Shown: positions 40,649 through 52,113, numbered from the stretch's first letter. The stretch: DNA of 64,000 bases from Nitrospirota bacterium (GCA_035623825.1 DASPSR010000021.1:32001-96000), one strand, 5' to 3'. Made by a program: numbers and translations. The notes: generated by a model from the letters alone, not told the origin.

Positions 40649-41887
40649 ATGGCACTGGTAAAGCCTCACGGCAAAGCGAAGAAGCTCATGCCGCTTCTTC
40701 TGACCGGCTCGGCCCTTCAGAGAGAGCTCAAGAAGGCCAAGTCACTCAAGCAGCTCAGGATCTCTTCTCGCGAGACTTCTGATCTCGTTATGATGGGCAT
40801 CGGAGCATTCACCCCCCTCAAGGGCTTCATGGGCAAAAAGGACTGGAAGGGGGTCTGTGCGAACTACAAGATGGCCGACGGCACATTCTGGCCGATCCCG
40901 ATCACACTTTCAGCGTCCACGGAGTTTGCCAAATCACTTAAGAAGAACGAGGAGATCACCCTCGTGGACGACGAGTCAGGCGAGATCATTGCAACGATGA
41001 AGGTGACCGAGAAGTACGCCATGTCCAAGGCGGACAAGGAGTTTGAGTGCAAGAATGTATTCCGGACGCTTGATATGGCGGAGCACCCGGGCGTGAAGAA
41101 GGTCATGGGACAGCCGGACTTCAACCTGGCTGGTCCGGTGAAGGTCCTCTCTGAGGCCCACTACCCCGAGACGTACAAGGGCATCTATATGACCCCGGCT
41201 CAGACCCGCAAGATGTTCGAGGAGAAGGGCTGGAGCAGGATTGCGGCGTTCCAGACCCGGAACCCGATGCACCGCTCTCACGAATACCTCGCGAAGATCG
41301 CGATCGAGACCATGGACGGCGTGTTGATCCACCAGATCCTTGGCAAGCTGAAGGAAGGCGACATCCCCGCAGAGGTCCGCGCCAAGGCCATCGACACCCT
41401 CATGGAGAAGTACTTTGTGAAGGATACCGCCATTCAGTCCGGCTACCCCATGGAGATGCGCTATGCAGGCCCGCGCGAGGCGCTCCTCCACGCCCTGTTC
41501 CGCCAGAACTTCGGCTGCAGCCACCTGATCGTCGGCCGCGATCACGCCGGCGTGGGCGATTACTACGGCCCCTTCGACGCCCAGAAGATCTTCGACGAGA
41601 TACCGAAGGGCGCGCTCGAGACCCAGCCCCTCAAGATCGATCACACCTTCTACTGCTTCAAGTGCGACGGCATGGCTTCAATGAAGTCCTGCCCTCACCA
41701 GAAAGAAGACCGGTTGATGTTGTCGGGCACGAAGCTCCGGAAGATGCTTTCGGAGGGAGAGAACATCCCCGATCATTTCAGCCGTCCCGAGGTGCTGGCG
41801 ATCCTCAAGGAATACTACGCCGGCCTCACCGAGAAGGTGGAGATCAAGCTGCATAGCCATGCCGAGGGGACTCATACGCACAAATAA
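40649..41887 (+). CDS. sat: sulfate adenylyltransferase
   Basis: [36 protein letters not shown]. Confidence 0.97.
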   Translation: MALVKPHGKAKKLMPLLLTGSALQRELKKAKSLKQLRISSRETSDLVMMGIGAFTPLKGFMGKKDWKGVCANYKMADGTFWPIPITLSASTEFAKSLKKNEEITLVDDESGEIIATMKVTEKYAMSKADKEFECKNVFRTLDMAEHPGVKKVMGQPDFNLAGPVKVLSEAHYPETYKGIYMTPAQTRKMFEEKGWSRIAAFQTRNPMHRSHEYLAKIAIETMDGVLIHQILGKLKEGDIPAEVRAKAIDTLMEKYFVKDTAIQSGYPMEMRYAGPREALLHALFRQNFGCSHLIVGRDHAGVGDYYGPFDAQKIFDEIPKGALETQPLKIDHTFYCFKCDGMASMKSCPHQKEDRLMLSGTKLRKMLSEGENIPDHFSRPEVLAILKEYYAGLTEKVEIKLHSHAEGTHTHK

Positions 41888-41947
41888 CCACGGATCAACG
41901 ACTGCAGATGCAGTTTACTACATTCCATAGATAGGAGGTTCAGAAAC

Positions 41948-42379
41948 ATGCCGAGTTATGTCATTACAGAGAAGTGTGACGGCTGCAAGGCGCAAGATAA
42001 GACTGCTTGCCAGTATATCTGCCCAAACGACCTCATGGCCCTGAACAGGGACCTCATGAAGGCGTACAACCAGGAGCCCGAGCAGTGCTGGGAGTGCTAC
42101 AACTGCGTTAAGATCTGCCCGCAGCAGGCGATCGAGGTCCGTGGCTACCAGGATTTCAACCCCATGGGCGGCAACATCATCCCCATGAGGGGCACGGATT
42201 CCATCATGTGGACCGTGAAGTTCCGGAACGGGATCCTCAAGCGATTCAAGTTCCCGATCCGCACCACCGCAGAGGGCTCGGTCGATCCCTACAAGGGGAA
42301 GCCTGAGGCGGATTACGCAAAGCTCAAGCAGCCCGGCTACTTCACCACAGCGAAGGCCATGCCGGTCATCAAGAAATAA
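41948..42379 (+). CDS. aprB: adenylylsulfate reductase beta subunit
   Basis: CDGC....TACQYICP; CWECYNCVKICP; KRFKFPIRTT.EG. Confidence 0.97.
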   Translation: MPSYVITEKCDGCKAQDKTACQYICPNDLMALNRDLMKAYNQEPEQCWECYNCVKICPQQAIEVRGYQDFNPMGGNIIPMRGTDSIMWTVKFRNGILKRFKFPIRTTAEGSVDPYKGKPEADYAKLKQPGYFTTAKAMPVIKK

Positions 42380-42394
42380 AGGAGGAAATGAAAA

Positions 42395-44413
42395 ATGGAA
42401 AAAGAAACCTGTACATTTTCGTTCTGCCAGAAGCCGGCAGTAGAAGAGATTGAGACCGATCTCCTCCTCATCGGCGGCGGCATGGCATGCTGCGGCGCGG
42501 CGTTCGAAGCCGCCCGCTGGGCAAACCCCAAGAAACTCAGAGTAACCATGGTGGACAAGGCCGCGACCGACCGGTCCGGCGCCGTTGCCATGGGTCTGTC
42601 GGCCATCAACACCTACTGCGGTGAAAACGATCCGGCGGACTATGTAAAATACGTGCGGAACGACCTCATGGGCATCACCCGCGAGGACCTGGTCTATGAC
42701 CTCGGCCGTCACGTCGACGATTCGGTTCATCACTTCGAGGAGTGGGGCCTGCCGGTCTGGAAAGTCGGCGACGACGGGTTCTCCCTCGACGGCTTCCAGG
42801 CAAAGGAAGCAGGGAAGGCCATGCTGAAGGACGGCGGCAAGCCGGTCCGTTCGGGTAAGTGGCAGATCATGATCAACGGTGAGTCCTACAAGGTCATCGT
42901 TGCCGAAGCCGCAAAGAAGGCCCTCGAGACCAACAGGGCGGCCACGGGTGTGAAGCAGAACCATTACGAGCGCGTGTTCATCGTGAAGCTCTACAAGGAC
43001 GCAAACGAGCCGAACCGCGTCGCGGCGGCGGCGGGCTTCAGCGTACGTGAGAACAAGATCTACATCTTCAGGGCCAAGGCCATGGTGCTCGCAGCCGGCG
43101 GCGCGGTGAACGTGTTCCGTCCCCGGTCGACCCAGGAGGGCCAGGGCCGCGCCTGGTATCCGGTATGGAACTCCGGCTCCGGTTATGCCCTCGGCATGCA
43201 GGTCGGCGCCGAGCTTACCATGATGGAGAACCGTTTCGTGCCCGCCCGCTTCAAGGACGGCTACGGCCCGGTGGGCGCCTGGTTCCTGTTCTTCAAGGCC
43301 AAGGCGACCAACAGCCTCGGCGAGGACTACTGCGCCAACGCCGAGTATGTGGATGATGCAAAGAAGCGCTATGGCAAATACGTTGACGCGCTGGGTACGG
43401 CCATCAGGAACCACCTGATGATGAAGGACATGAAAGCCGGCAAAGGCCCGATCATCATGAGAACGCACGAGGCCATGGCTGCAATCAACAAGACCTTCAA
43501 GGAGAAGCTCGGAGACAAGGAAGGCGCCAAGAAGGTGAAACACCTCGAGGCCGAGGCGTGGGAAGACTTCCTCGACATGTGCATCGGCCAGGCCGGCCTC
43601 TGGGCTTCGAAGAACATCGAACCGGACAAGACCCCGTCCGAAATCATGCCGACGGAGCCTTACCTCCTCGGCTCGCATGCGGGTTGCGCGGGCTTCTGGT
43701 GCTGCGGTCCCGAAGACCTCGGCGCGCCGGAGGAATGGAACAAGAAATGGCCGGTCGGGAGCTACAACCGTCAATCTACGGTGAAAGGCCTGTTTATGTG
43801 CGGCGACATTTGCGGAGCCTCGGGCCACAAGTTCTCCTCGGGTTCTCATGCAGAGGGCCGTATCGCGGCCAAGAGCGCGATCGCGTTCATTCTCGACAAT
43901 CCGAACTACAAGCCGACCATCAAGGAAACGGCGGACCACCTGGCGGGCGAGCTCTATCTTCCCTTCGAGGTCTATGAGAAATACAAGACCTACACCACGG
44001 ATACCAACACCAACCCGCACTACATCAAGCCGAAGATGCTCCAGACCAGGCTCCAGAAGATCGCCGACGAGTATTTTGGCGGAATCTCGACCTGGTATAT
44101 GACCTCCAAGACGATGCTGAACGAAGGTCTCGCCCAGCTCGAGATGCTGAAGGAAGACACGAACAAGATGGCGGCAAGCAACCTGCACGAACTGATGCGC
44201 TGCTGGGAGAACTACCACCGCATCCTCTCCGTGGAGGCCCATGCACGACACATCCTGTTCCGTGAAGAGTCCCGGTATCCCGGCTACTACTATCGCGGCG
44301 ACTTCGACCTAGTGGACGACAACAACTGGAAGTGTTTCGTCAACTCCAAGTACGATGCCGAGAAGAACACCTGGGAGCTCAAGAAGGTCCCCTACGTACA
44401 GCTGGTTCCATAA
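42395..44413 (+). CDS. aprA: adenylylsulfate reductase alpha subunit
   Basis: RSGAVAMGLSAINTY, WQIMINGESYK, RFKDGYGPVGAW, GHKFSSGS. Confidence 0.98.
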   Translation: MEKETCTFSFCQKPAVEEIETDLLLIGGGMACCGAAFEAARWANPKKLRVTMVDKAATDRSGAVAMGLSAINTYCGENDPADYVKYVRNDLMGITREDLVYDLGRHVDDSVHHFEEWGLPVWKVGDDGFSLDGFQAKEAGKAMLKDGGKPVRSGKWQIMINGESYKVIVAEAAKKALETNRAATGVKQNHYERVFIVKLYKDANEPNRVAAAAGFSVRENKIYIFRAKAMVLAAGGAVNVFRPRSTQEGQGRAWYPVWNSGSGYALGMQVGAELTMMENRFVPARFKDGYGPVGAWFLFFKAKATNSLGEDYCANAEYVDDAKKRYGKYVDALGTAIRNHLMMKDMKAGKGPIIMRTHEAMAAINKTFKEKLGDKEGAKKVKHLEAEAWEDFLDMCIGQAGLWASKNIEPDKTPSEIMPTEPYLLGSHAGCAGFWCCGPEDLGAPEEWNKKWPVGSYNRQSTVKGLFMCGDICGASGHKFSSGSHAEGRIAAKSAIAFILDNPNYKPTIKETADHLAGELYLPFEVYEKYKTYTTDTNTNPHYIKPKMLQTRLQKIADEYFGGISTWYMTSKTMLNEGLAQLEMLKEDTNKMAASNLHELMRCWENYHRILSVEAHARHILFREESRYPGYYYRGDFDLVDDNNWKCFVNSKYDAEKNTWELKKVPYVQLVP

Positions 44414-44426
44414 GTCTGACATCAGG

Positions 44427-44458
44427 CCGGAGAGGGCATGCGCCCTCTCCGGAATTTT
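44427..44458 (+). terminator. strong hairpin after aprA (partial terminator or mRNA stabiliser)
   Basis: CCGGAGAGGGC-ATGC-GCCCTCTCCGG perfect 11-bp stem. Confidence 0.7.
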
Positions 44459-44465
44459 CTCAATT

Positions 44466-44547
44466 CAAAATGTAAAATGAAAAATGCAAGCGAGAGGCGT
44501 GTGTACACGGCACACTTTTGCACTTTGCATCTTGCATTTTGACTTTG
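44466..44547. repeat. heptad-periodic inverted-repeat element
   Basis: Left arm CAAAATG-TAAAATG-AAAAATG; right arm CACTTTG-CATCTTG-CATTTTG. Confidence 0.6.
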
Positions 44548-44577
44548 GTTCTCTGCTTTAAGGAGGGAAACACAATC

Positions 44578-45828
44578 ATGGCGGAAAATAAGGTGTTGGT
44601 TGTCGGCGGAGGGTTCAGCGGCCTGACGGCGGCAGTGGAGGCCGCGGAAGCCGGTTCCGATGTCATCATCGTGGAAAAGAATCCCTATCTGGGCGGCAGG
44701 GTGACGCAGCTGAACAAGTACTTCTGGAAAATGTGCCCTCCGAACTGCGGCCTTGAAATCCAGTACAAGCGGATCAAGAACAACGGCCAGGTCACCATCT
44801 ATACCATGGCCGAGGTGGAGAAGATCGCAGGCAGCGAAGGCAACTTCGACGTGACCGTCAAAGTAAGGCCGCGATTCGTCAACGACAAGTGCGTGGCATG
44901 CAACAAGTGCGCAGAAGCCTGCGATATCGAGCGTCCGAACGATTTCGACTTCGGGATGAGCAAGACGAAAGCCGCCTATCTGCCCCACAACCAGGCGTTT
45001 CCGCTCCAGTATGTCATTGACGAGAAGACCTGCAAGGGTCCCTCTTGCGGAAAGTGCGCGGATGCCTGCAAGTACGATGCAATCCATCTTGACATGAAAC
45101 CTCAGACGGTGAACGTGAAGGTGGGGGCCATTGTCATGGCAACGGGCTGGAATCCGTATGACGCCACAAAGATGGACATCCTCGGGTTCGGCAAGGTCCA
45201 GAACGTGATCACGAACATGATGATGGAGCGGCTCGCCGCTCCCAACGGTCCCACGGGCGGGAAGATCGTCCGGCCTTCCGACGGCAAAGAGGTGAAGAAC
45301 ATCGCCTTTGTGCAGTGCGCGGGTTCGCGCGACGAGAACCACCTCCCGTTCTGCTCCTACATCTGCTGCCTGGCGTCGCTGAAGCAGGCGACCTATGTCA
45401 GGGAGCTCTACCCCGACTCCAAGGCCAAGATCTTCTACATCGACATCAGGACACCCGGGCTCTTCGAAAACCGGTTCTACGCCAAGCTCCAGCAGGATGC
45501 GAACGTTTCCTTCCTCAAGGGCAAAGTGGCAAAGATCGAGCAGGGCGAGAACGGCGACGTGAAAGTCACCGCCGAGGATATCTTGAGCGGCGGTAAGGTC
45601 ACGGAAACCTTCGACCTGGTGGTGCTGGCCACGGGGATGGAACCAACAGCCCGGTCACTTAAGGGGGCGGGCGTTCCCGTGACCGAAGACGGGTTCGTGG
45701 ACCAGTCGACGCTGCCCGTGGGCATATACGCGACCGGCACGCTCAAGACGCCGGTTGACGTGGCGCGCTCCGCGCAGGACGCAACCGGCGTGGTGATGAA
45801 GAGCATCCAGAGCTTGAGGAGGAAATAG
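44578..45828 (+). CDS. qmoA: QmoA (HdrA-like flavoprotein)
   Basis: GGGFSG FAD motif, CPPNCG, ferredoxin insert, CAGSRD..HL..CS.ICC; follows aprA. Confidence 0.94.
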   Translation: MAENKVLVVGGGFSGLTAAVEAAEAGSDVIIVEKNPYLGGRVTQLNKYFWKMCPPNCGLEIQYKRIKNNGQVTIYTMAEVEKIAGSEGNFDVTVKVRPRFVNDKCVACNKCAEACDIERPNDFDFGMSKTKAAYLPHNQAFPLQYVIDEKTCKGPSCGKCADACKYDAIHLDMKPQTVNVKVGAIVMATGWNPYDATKMDILGFGKVQNVITNMMMERLAAPNGPTGGKIVRPSDGKEVKNIAFVQCAGSRDENHLPFCSYICCLASLKQATYVRELYPDSKAKIFYIDIRTPGLFENRFYAKLQQDANVSFLKGKVAKIEQGENGDVKVTAEDILSGGKVTETFDLVVLATGMEPTARSLKGAGVPVTEDGFVDQSTLPVGIYATGTLKTPVDVARSAQDATGVVMKSIQSLRRK

Positions 45829-45830
45829 GG

Positions 45831-48065
45831 ATGGAGAAGAAATTCGGCGTATATATATGTAAAGGATGCGGCATCAAGGACGCCATGGACGTCGAGAAGG
45901 TCGCCGGTGCGGCCAAGAAGGTCCAGAACTACAAGTTCCACGATGTCCTGTGCAGCCCCGAGGGCGTTCAGCTTATCAAGGATGACATCGCGAAAGAAGG
46001 CATAAATACCATTATCATCGCAGCTTGTTCCCCGCGCGTGAAGTATGAGGAATTCTCCTTTGCGGGCGCGCTCGTGGAGCGCGTGAATATCCGCGAGTTC
46101 GTGGCCTGGACCCTGGAACCGAACACGGACGAGGCAAACGACGCAGCGTACGACTACCTTTCGATGGGAATCGTGAAGGCTCAGAAGGGCGACCTGCCGC
46201 AACCGAACATCCTGGCAGACCTCTCCAGCACCATCCTTGTGATCGGCGGAGGCATGGCGGGCATGACCGCCGCACTCTCGGCCGCCAAAGCGGGTCAGAA
46301 TGTGGTCCTCGTGGAGAAAGAGGAACAGCTGGGCGGCTTCGTGAACAAGCTATACAAGAAGATACCGACGGGCACCTACTTTAAACAGCCGCTCATCGTG
46401 GACACGGACATCGCCACGACCGTGGGTGAGGTATCAAGCAATCCCAACATCAAAGTCTATAAATCAACGACCGTTACCAAGACCGACGGCCAGCCTGGCC
46501 TCTACGACGTGACCCTCTCGAACGGCGAGACCCTGAAGATCGGCTCCATCATCATGGCCACGGGTTGGAAGCCCTATGATGCAAGCAAACTGGATCATCT
46601 CGGTTACGGCAAGTTCAAGAACGTGGTCACCAACCTCGAGTTCGAGGAGATTGCGAAGAAGAATAACGGCAAGATCCTCCGCCCCTCCGACGGCAAGGAG
46701 GCGATGAAGGTGGCCTTCATCCAATGCGCGGGCCAACGAAACCCGAACCACCTGCCCTATTGCTCCGCCATGTGCTGTGCAACGTCCCTCAAGCAGGCCC
46801 AGTACGTCCGCCAGAACAAGGACGCGCTGGCCATGATCTTCTATATCGACATTCGGACGCCAGGCAGGACCGAGATTTATTACAAAGAGGCTCAAAACGA
46901 CCCGGGCGTGATGCTCTCCAAGGCCGATGTGACCGGCGTGTCGGACGCACAGAATGGGAATCTCTACGTTGAGATGGAGAACACGCTCTTCGGTCTGAAG
47001 ACCGGTGAAAAGGTGAAGGTGGAGGCTGACCTCGTGGTGCTGGCAACGGGCATGGTGCCAACCACGCGTGCGGCCCAGGAATATCTTGACGGCCTGACCA
47101 AGGCGGCAGCGGGGGGGGACGAGTCCAAGAAGAATTACCTCGAGCAGACCCCCAAACCGGAGTATATCCTGAACCTCGGCTACCGCCAGGGACCGGAAAT
47201 CCCCTCCCTTGAAGGCGCCGTGGGCTTCGCGGACTCGAACTTCATCTGTTTCCAGTATGAGACCCGCCGTACCGGCATCTACGCGGCCGGAAGCGTGCAC
47301 CAGCCCATGAATATGGCCGAGGCCCAGGAGGACGGAGCGGGAGCGGCCTTCAAGGCGATCCAGGCCATAGACCACGTGGCAAGGGGCGTCGCGGTCCATC
47401 CGCGGGCCTGGGACCTCACGTTCCCGGACCCGCTCCTCATCAAGTGCACGGCGTGCAAGCGGTGTACGGAAGAGTGTCCGTTCGGAGCCATCGACGAGGA
47501 CGAGAAGGGCATTCCCTACTACAAGATCAACCGGTGCCGCCGCTGCGGCACGTGCATGGGCGCCTGCCCCGAGCGCATCGTGTCCTTCAAGGACTATAGC
47601 GTCGATATCGTCGGTTCGATGCTCAAAGCCGTAGACGTGCCCGATGATGAGGACATCACGAGAATCATCTGCCTCGTGTGCGAGAACGACGCGTATCCCG
47701 CGCTCGACACTCTGGCCGTCAACCGGAAGAAGCTCGACCCAAGTGTCCGCTTCCTCCCGCTCCGCTGCCTGGGCGGCATGAACCTCGTCTGGGTCGCTGA
47801 CGCGCTCTCGAAGGGCATCGACGGCATGCTGCTTCTGGGCTGTAAATTCGGCGAGAACTACCAGTGCCACTTCGTGAAGGGAAGCGAACTCGCAAATACC
47901 CGCTTCAGCAAGGTGAGCGAGACCCTGAACAGGCTCCAGCTTGAATCCGAGCGCGTTGGGTTGTTGCAGATCGCCATCAATGAGTACGACAAGCTGCCCG
48001 AGATGATCAATGAGTTCGTGGAGAAGGTAAAGGGATTCGGGCCGAATCCTTTTAAGAGCATGTAA
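45831..48065 (+). CDS. qmoB: QmoB (HdrA-MvhD fusion)
   Basis: HdrA-like N-terminus, SNFICF.YETRRTG, CTACKRCTEECP, C-terminal CENDAYPA...RCLG (MvhD-like). Confidence 0.95.
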   Translation: MEKKFGVYICKGCGIKDAMDVEKVAGAAKKVQNYKFHDVLCSPEGVQLIKDDIAKEGINTIIIAACSPRVKYEEFSFAGALVERVNIREFVAWTLEPNTDEANDAAYDYLSMGIVKAQKGDLPQPNILADLSSTILVIGGGMAGMTAALSAAKAGQNVVLVEKEEQLGGFVNKLYKKIPTGTYFKQPLIVDTDIATTVGEVSSNPNIKVYKSTTVTKTDGQPGLYDVTLSNGETLKIGSIIMATGWKPYDASKLDHLGYGKFKNVVTNLEFEEIAKKNNGKILRPSDGKEAMKVAFIQCAGQRNPNHLPYCSAMCCATSLKQAQYVRQNKDALAMIFYIDIRTPGRTEIYYKEAQNDPGVMLSKADVTGVSDAQNGNLYVEMENTLFGLKTGEKVKVEADLVVLATGMVPTTRAAQEYLDGLTKAAAGGDESKKNYLEQTPKPEYILNLGYRQGPEIPSLEGAVGFADSNFICFQYETRRTGIYAAGSVHQPMNMAEAQEDGAGAAFKAIQAIDHVARGVAVHPRAWDLTFPDPLLIKCTACKRCTEECPFGAIDEDEKGIPYYKINRCRRCGTCMGACPERIVSFKDYSVDIVGSMLKAVDVPDDEDITRIICLVCENDAYPALDTLAVNRKKLDPSVRFLPLRCLGGMNLVWVADALSKGIDGMLLLGCKFGENYQCHFVKGSELANTRFSKVSETLNRLQLESERVGLLQIAINEYDKLPEMINEFVEKVKGFGPNPFKSM

Positions 48066-48121
48066 GCGTCAGTGCGGAGTTCACCACCATCAACTCCTAA
48101 TCAAGTAATGGGAGGATTTAC

Positions 48122-49288
48122 ATGTCAGATGCAACTGTCATTAAACCGGATTTAGCATTCGTGAACGATGTCATCAGGGGCGGCGGAGAGTCTCTGAAAA
48201 AGTGCTACCAGTGCGCTACCTGCTCGGTGGTCTGCAACGTAACACCTGAAGGAAACCCCTTCCCCCGGAAGGAGATGGTCCTCGCACAGTGGGGTCAGAA
48301 GGACAAGCTCATTACGAGCGCCGATGTCTGGCTCTGCCACCAGTGCAGCGACTGTACTGCCTACTGCCCGCGCGGCGCAAAGCCGGGCGAGGTGCTGAAC
48401 GCGATCCGCAAGCAGAGCATCAAACACGTTGCCATGGTGCCGTTCTTCGCGCAGATCGCAACGGACGCGAAGCTAATCTGGCTCCTGTTCGCCATCCCCA
48501 TGGTGCTGTTCTACGTGATCCTGATGGCGCTCGGGCACGCGAACTTTTCCGCCCCGAGGGCCGAAGGCAACATCATGGCCTACCATACGTTCGTTCCCGT
48601 TCCGGTGATTGATACCGTGTTCATTCTGACGGCGGTTTTTGCCGTAGTGTCGGCCTTTGTGGGCATCAAACGCCTCTGGAGCGGGATGAAAGCGCAGGCG
48701 GGGGATATGAAGTCTACGGGAAATCTTGCCGGTGACATCATTGCCTCGATTACCCAGATTCTGGCTCACTCAAAATTCGCGGACTGCAATGTAAACCGGG
48801 CGCGGCAGTGGGGCCACATGCTCCTCTTTTACAGTTTTGCAGGCCTCGCGGTCGTGACCACCTGGGCGATCGTGTATCTCTATGGTTTCGAACTCCTCGG
48901 CATCAAGCCGTTCGGGCCCTTCCACTTCGGCGAATCGCCCTATCCGAACAGCGATCCCGTGAAGATCCTTGCCCTCATAAGCTCCATCGCCTTCGCAGCA
49001 GGCATCGTGATCCTGCTGATTAACCGCTTCGCCAAGGCCGGCAAGGCGGGCATGGGCTCTTATTTCGATTGGATCTTCCTGCTGATCGTGATCGGCGTCG
49101 GTGCAACGGGCATGCTCTCCTGGGCGCTTCGCCTGGCTGACGTAAGCGCGGGATATCTTGTATACTACTTTCATCTCGTGTTCATCTGGTCACTGTTCGC
49201 GTATGCGCCGTATTCAAAGTTTGCACACCTGTTCTACCGCACGACCGCCATGGTGTTCGTGAGGTATTCAGGGCGTGATAAAAAGTAA
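48122..49288 (+). CDS. qmoC: QmoC (HdrC-like Fe-S plus membrane cytochrome b domain)
   Basis: CYQCATCSVVC, CHQCSDCTAYCPRGA, TM helices with His, PYSKFAH. Confidence 0.95.
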   Translation: MSDATVIKPDLAFVNDVIRGGGESLKKCYQCATCSVVCNVTPEGNPFPRKEMVLAQWGQKDKLITSADVWLCHQCSDCTAYCPRGAKPGEVLNAIRKQSIKHVAMVPFFAQIATDAKLIWLLFAIPMVLFYVILMALGHANFSAPRAEGNIMAYHTFVPVPVIDTVFILTAVFAVVSAFVGIKRLWSGMKAQAGDMKSTGNLAGDIIASITQILAHSKFADCNVNRARQWGHMLLFYSFAGLAVVTTWAIVYLYGFELLGIKPFGPFHFGESPYPNSDPVKILALISSIAFAAGIVILLINRFAKAGKAGMGSYFDWIFLLIVIGVGATGMLSWALRLADVSAGYLVYYFHLVFIWSLFAYAPYSKFAHLFYRTTAMVFVRYSGRDKK

Positions 49289-49378
49289 ACGATCTTGCCG
49301 AACCAACGTCTTTACCGGCAGAAATCGGAAGACTTCTCTAATCCGGATAAACCGTTTTCTCTATGCGTGGAGTAAGTT

Positions 49379-49825
49379 ATGAAAGTTAAAGAACTGTTAA
49401 GCATCAAAGGCATCGAATGCTTCAGCATACTGAAGGACCAGTCTCTGCTCGACGCTGCGAAGCAGATGACAGAATGCAAGATCGGTGCGCTTCTCGTGAT
49501 GGACAAAGGGTCGCTCGTGGGCATCGTTACCGAACGCGATATCGTGAAGAACGCGGCTAAAGAATCGCTCGAGTGCAAGGATGTGAAAATCAAGGATATC
49601 ATGACCACCGATCTGCTGGTCTCGAAGCCAGGCGATGACCTTGAGTATGTCATGGCCGTCATGACCCAGAACAATATCCGCCATCTGCCGATTGTGGACC
49701 AGCACGGGCTCGTCGGCCTGCTTTCAATGCGCGATGTGGTGAAGATCATGGTCAAGAATCTTAAGGCGGAAAATCAGTACCTCAAGGACATGATCGGCGG
49801 AAAGCTCGGCGAACTGGGGGATTAG
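49379..49825 (+). CDS. CBS domain pair protein
   Basis: IGALLV...LVGIVTERD; IRHLPIV....LVGLLS.RD. Confidence 0.9.
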   Translation: MKVKELLSIKGIECFSILKDQSLLDAAKQMTECKIGALLVMDKGSLVGIVTERDIVKNAAKESLECKDVKIKDIMTTDLLVSKPGDDLEYVMAVMTQNNIRHLPIVDQHGLVGLLSMRDVVKIMVKNLKAENQYLKDMIGGKLGELGD

Positions 49826-49987
49826 GCGTTGTGCCACAATAGTATTCCAGAGGGGGGATGCCGGGATTGAAAGGATGTTATTGGTTGTAGCGCCCCATCT
49901 GCATTTCGGTGGGGGAAAATGCGTATCGTATGGACCGCAAGAACGAATTAATCTTAATTTAAATTGAAATTTAAAGGAGGAGACATA

Positions 49988-52093
49988 ATGAATGGTACCA
50001 TAGGAATTGCCATAGTTTGCGGCATTATCGGCGTTCTGTACGCCCTGTCTACCGCGCTATGGGTCAACAAACAGGATGCTGGAAGCGACCGCATGAAACA
50101 GATTTCCGATGCGGTGAAAGAAGGCGCGTATGCGTTTCTAACGCGCGAGTACAAGACTGTCGCGATGGTTGCTGTGGTTCTCTTGGTGATCCTGGCGATC
50201 TTCCTCGGGACATGGACGGCCATTGGATTCGTGATCGGGACCGTTGGTTCAGCCCTCGCCGGTTTTGTCGGCATGTGGGTAACGGTGCGCGCCAATGTCC
50301 GCACGACGCAGGCGGCCTCGAAGGGCCTTCAGAACGCGCTTACCCTTTCCTTTAAGGGCGGCTCGGTGACAGGCATCATGGTCGTGGGTCTCGGCATTAT
50401 CGGCCTCTCGGGTTACTTTGCGCTAGCTAAGAGCGTGGCAGGCAACGAGCAGGCATTCCGTGCCCTCGTGGGGCTCGGCTTTGGCTGCTCTCTGATGAGC
50501 GTGTTTGCCCGTATCGCAGGCGGTATCTACACCAAGGCGGCTGACGTGGGCGCCGATCTCGTGGGCAAGGTCGAGGCTGGTATCCCTGAAGATGACCCCC
50601 GCAACCCCGCAGTGATTGCCGACAACGTCGGCGACAACGTTGGCGACTGTGCCGGCATGGCGGCGGATCTCTATGAGACCTATACGGTGACGCTTGTTGC
50701 CGCCATGTTGCTGGCAAAGTCCGTATTCAACGCGGACAGCCCGTGGGTCACATTCCCGCTTCTTCTGGGCGGTGTCTCGATCATTGCATCTATCATCGGT
50801 ACACGCTTTGTGAAGCTCGGCGCAAGCAATTACATCATGGGCGCCCTGTATAAAGGCCTCGCCTGGGCTGGCGTTCTCGCGGCTATCGCGTTCTATTTGG
50901 TTAGCCGGTGGTTCATTGCCACGCCGGGGCTGGACACCGGCGGATTCACTGCCGGGAGTGTCTTCGGCACTGCCGTTATCGGCCTTGTTCTGACCGGACT
51001 TATCGTCTGGATCACGGAGTATTACACCGCCAAGGAATTCCGGCCCGTAAAGACGATAGCCAAGGCCAGCCTCACAGGCCACGGCACGAACGTGATCGCC
51101 GGTTTGGCAATGAGCATGGAAGCAACGGCGCTTCCGGCAATCGTCATTGTCGCATCGATTATGGGTGCCTACGCTCTGGGCGGCGGATTCGCGGGAACCC
51201 CCGAAGCCATGGGCCATGGTCTATTCGCTATTGCGCTGTCTGCGGTTTCCATGCTCTCGATGACAGGCATTGTGGTCGCAATCGACTCTTACGGACCAAT
51301 CACGGATAATGCAGGCGGTATCGCAGAAATGGCGGAGCTTCCCTCCTCCGTCCGCGACATCACGGATCCCCTTGATGCGGTCGGTAATACCACGAAGGCT
51401 GTTACGAAGGGCTATGCCATTGGCTCCGCCGCACTAGCAGCCTTAGTGCTGTTCGCGGAGTACTCGAGGGAGCTGGCGCATAGAGCGGAAAGCTCACCAG
51501 AATTTGCGAAAAAGCTTCTAGGCGGTTTTTCTCTTTCCGATCCGTATATCATCGCCGGGCTGTTCATCGGGGGCGTGATCCCGTACTACTACGGCGGCCG
51601 TCTGATGCTGGCGGTCGGAAGGGCGGCAGGTGGCGTGGTCGACGAGGTTCGCAGACAGTTCCGCGAGATCAAGGGCATCATGGAAGGTACCGGCAAGCCC
51701 GAGTACGGCAAGTGCGTTGACATAGTCACAAAGTCGGCGATCCGCGAGATGATGCTGCCCGCTCTTCTTCCCGTGGTTGTTCCGGTTCTCGTGGGCTTTA
51801 TACTCGGCCCCAAGGCTTTGGGCGGCGTTCTGATCGGCTCGATCCTGACCGGTCTGTTCCAGGCCATCGCCATGACATCCGGAGGCGGCGCATGGGACAA
51901 TGCCAAGAAGTCCTTTGAAGACGGTGTTACCGACGATAAGGGTGTCGTCCACAAGAAGAAGAGCGAGGGTCACAAGGCCTCGGTCACCGGCGACACGGTC
52001 GGCGATCCCTACAAGGACACCGCGGGACCGGCCATCAACCCGATGATCAAAGTCATCAATATCGTGGCTTTGCTCATCGTGCCGTTGCTCTAA
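49988..52093 (+). CDS. hppA: membrane-bound ion-translocating pyrophosphatase (predicted K+-independent H+-PPase)
   Basis: [34 protein letters not shown] (Lys at the Ala/Lys determinant), GDTVGDP.KD. Confidence 0.96.
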   Translation: MNGTIGIAIVCGIIGVLYALSTALWVNKQDAGSDRMKQISDAVKEGAYAFLTREYKTVAMVAVVLLVILAIFLGTWTAIGFVIGTVGSALAGFVGMWVTVRANVRTTQAASKGLQNALTLSFKGGSVTGIMVVGLGIIGLSGYFALAKSVAGNEQAFRALVGLGFGCSLMSVFARIAGGIYTKAADVGADLVGKVEAGIPEDDPRNPAVIADNVGDNVGDCAGMAADLYETYTVTLVAAMLLAKSVFNADSPWVTFPLLLGGVSIIASIIGTRFVKLGASNYIMGALYKGLAWAGVLAAIAFYLVSRWFIATPGLDTGGFTAGSVFGTAVIGLVLTGLIVWITEYYTAKEFRPVKTIAKASLTGHGTNVIAGLAMSMEATALPAIVIVASIMGAYALGGGFAGTPEAMGHGLFAIALSAVSMLSMTGIVVAIDSYGPITDNAGGIAEMAELPSSVRDITDPLDAVGNTTKAVTKGYAIGSAALAALVLFAEYSRELAHRAESSPEFAKKLLGGFSLSDPYIIAGLFIGGVIPYYYGGRLMLAVGRAAGGVVDEVRRQFREIKGIMEGTGKPEYGKCVDIVTKSAIREMMLPALLPVVVPVLVGFILGPKALGGVLIGSILTGLFQAIAMTSGGGAWDNAKKSFEDGVTDDKGVVHKKKSEGHKASVTGDTVGDPYKDTAGPAINPMIKVINIVALLIVPLL

Positions 52094-52113
52094 TAGACTC
52101 GTGATTTAATGAG

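Noticed and set aside
41918-44251. 777-aa antisense ORF over aprBA (also 46464-47870 and 40976-41644)
   Set aside because: Shadow ORFs caused by the strong codon bias of sat/apr/qmo; no domain-like content.
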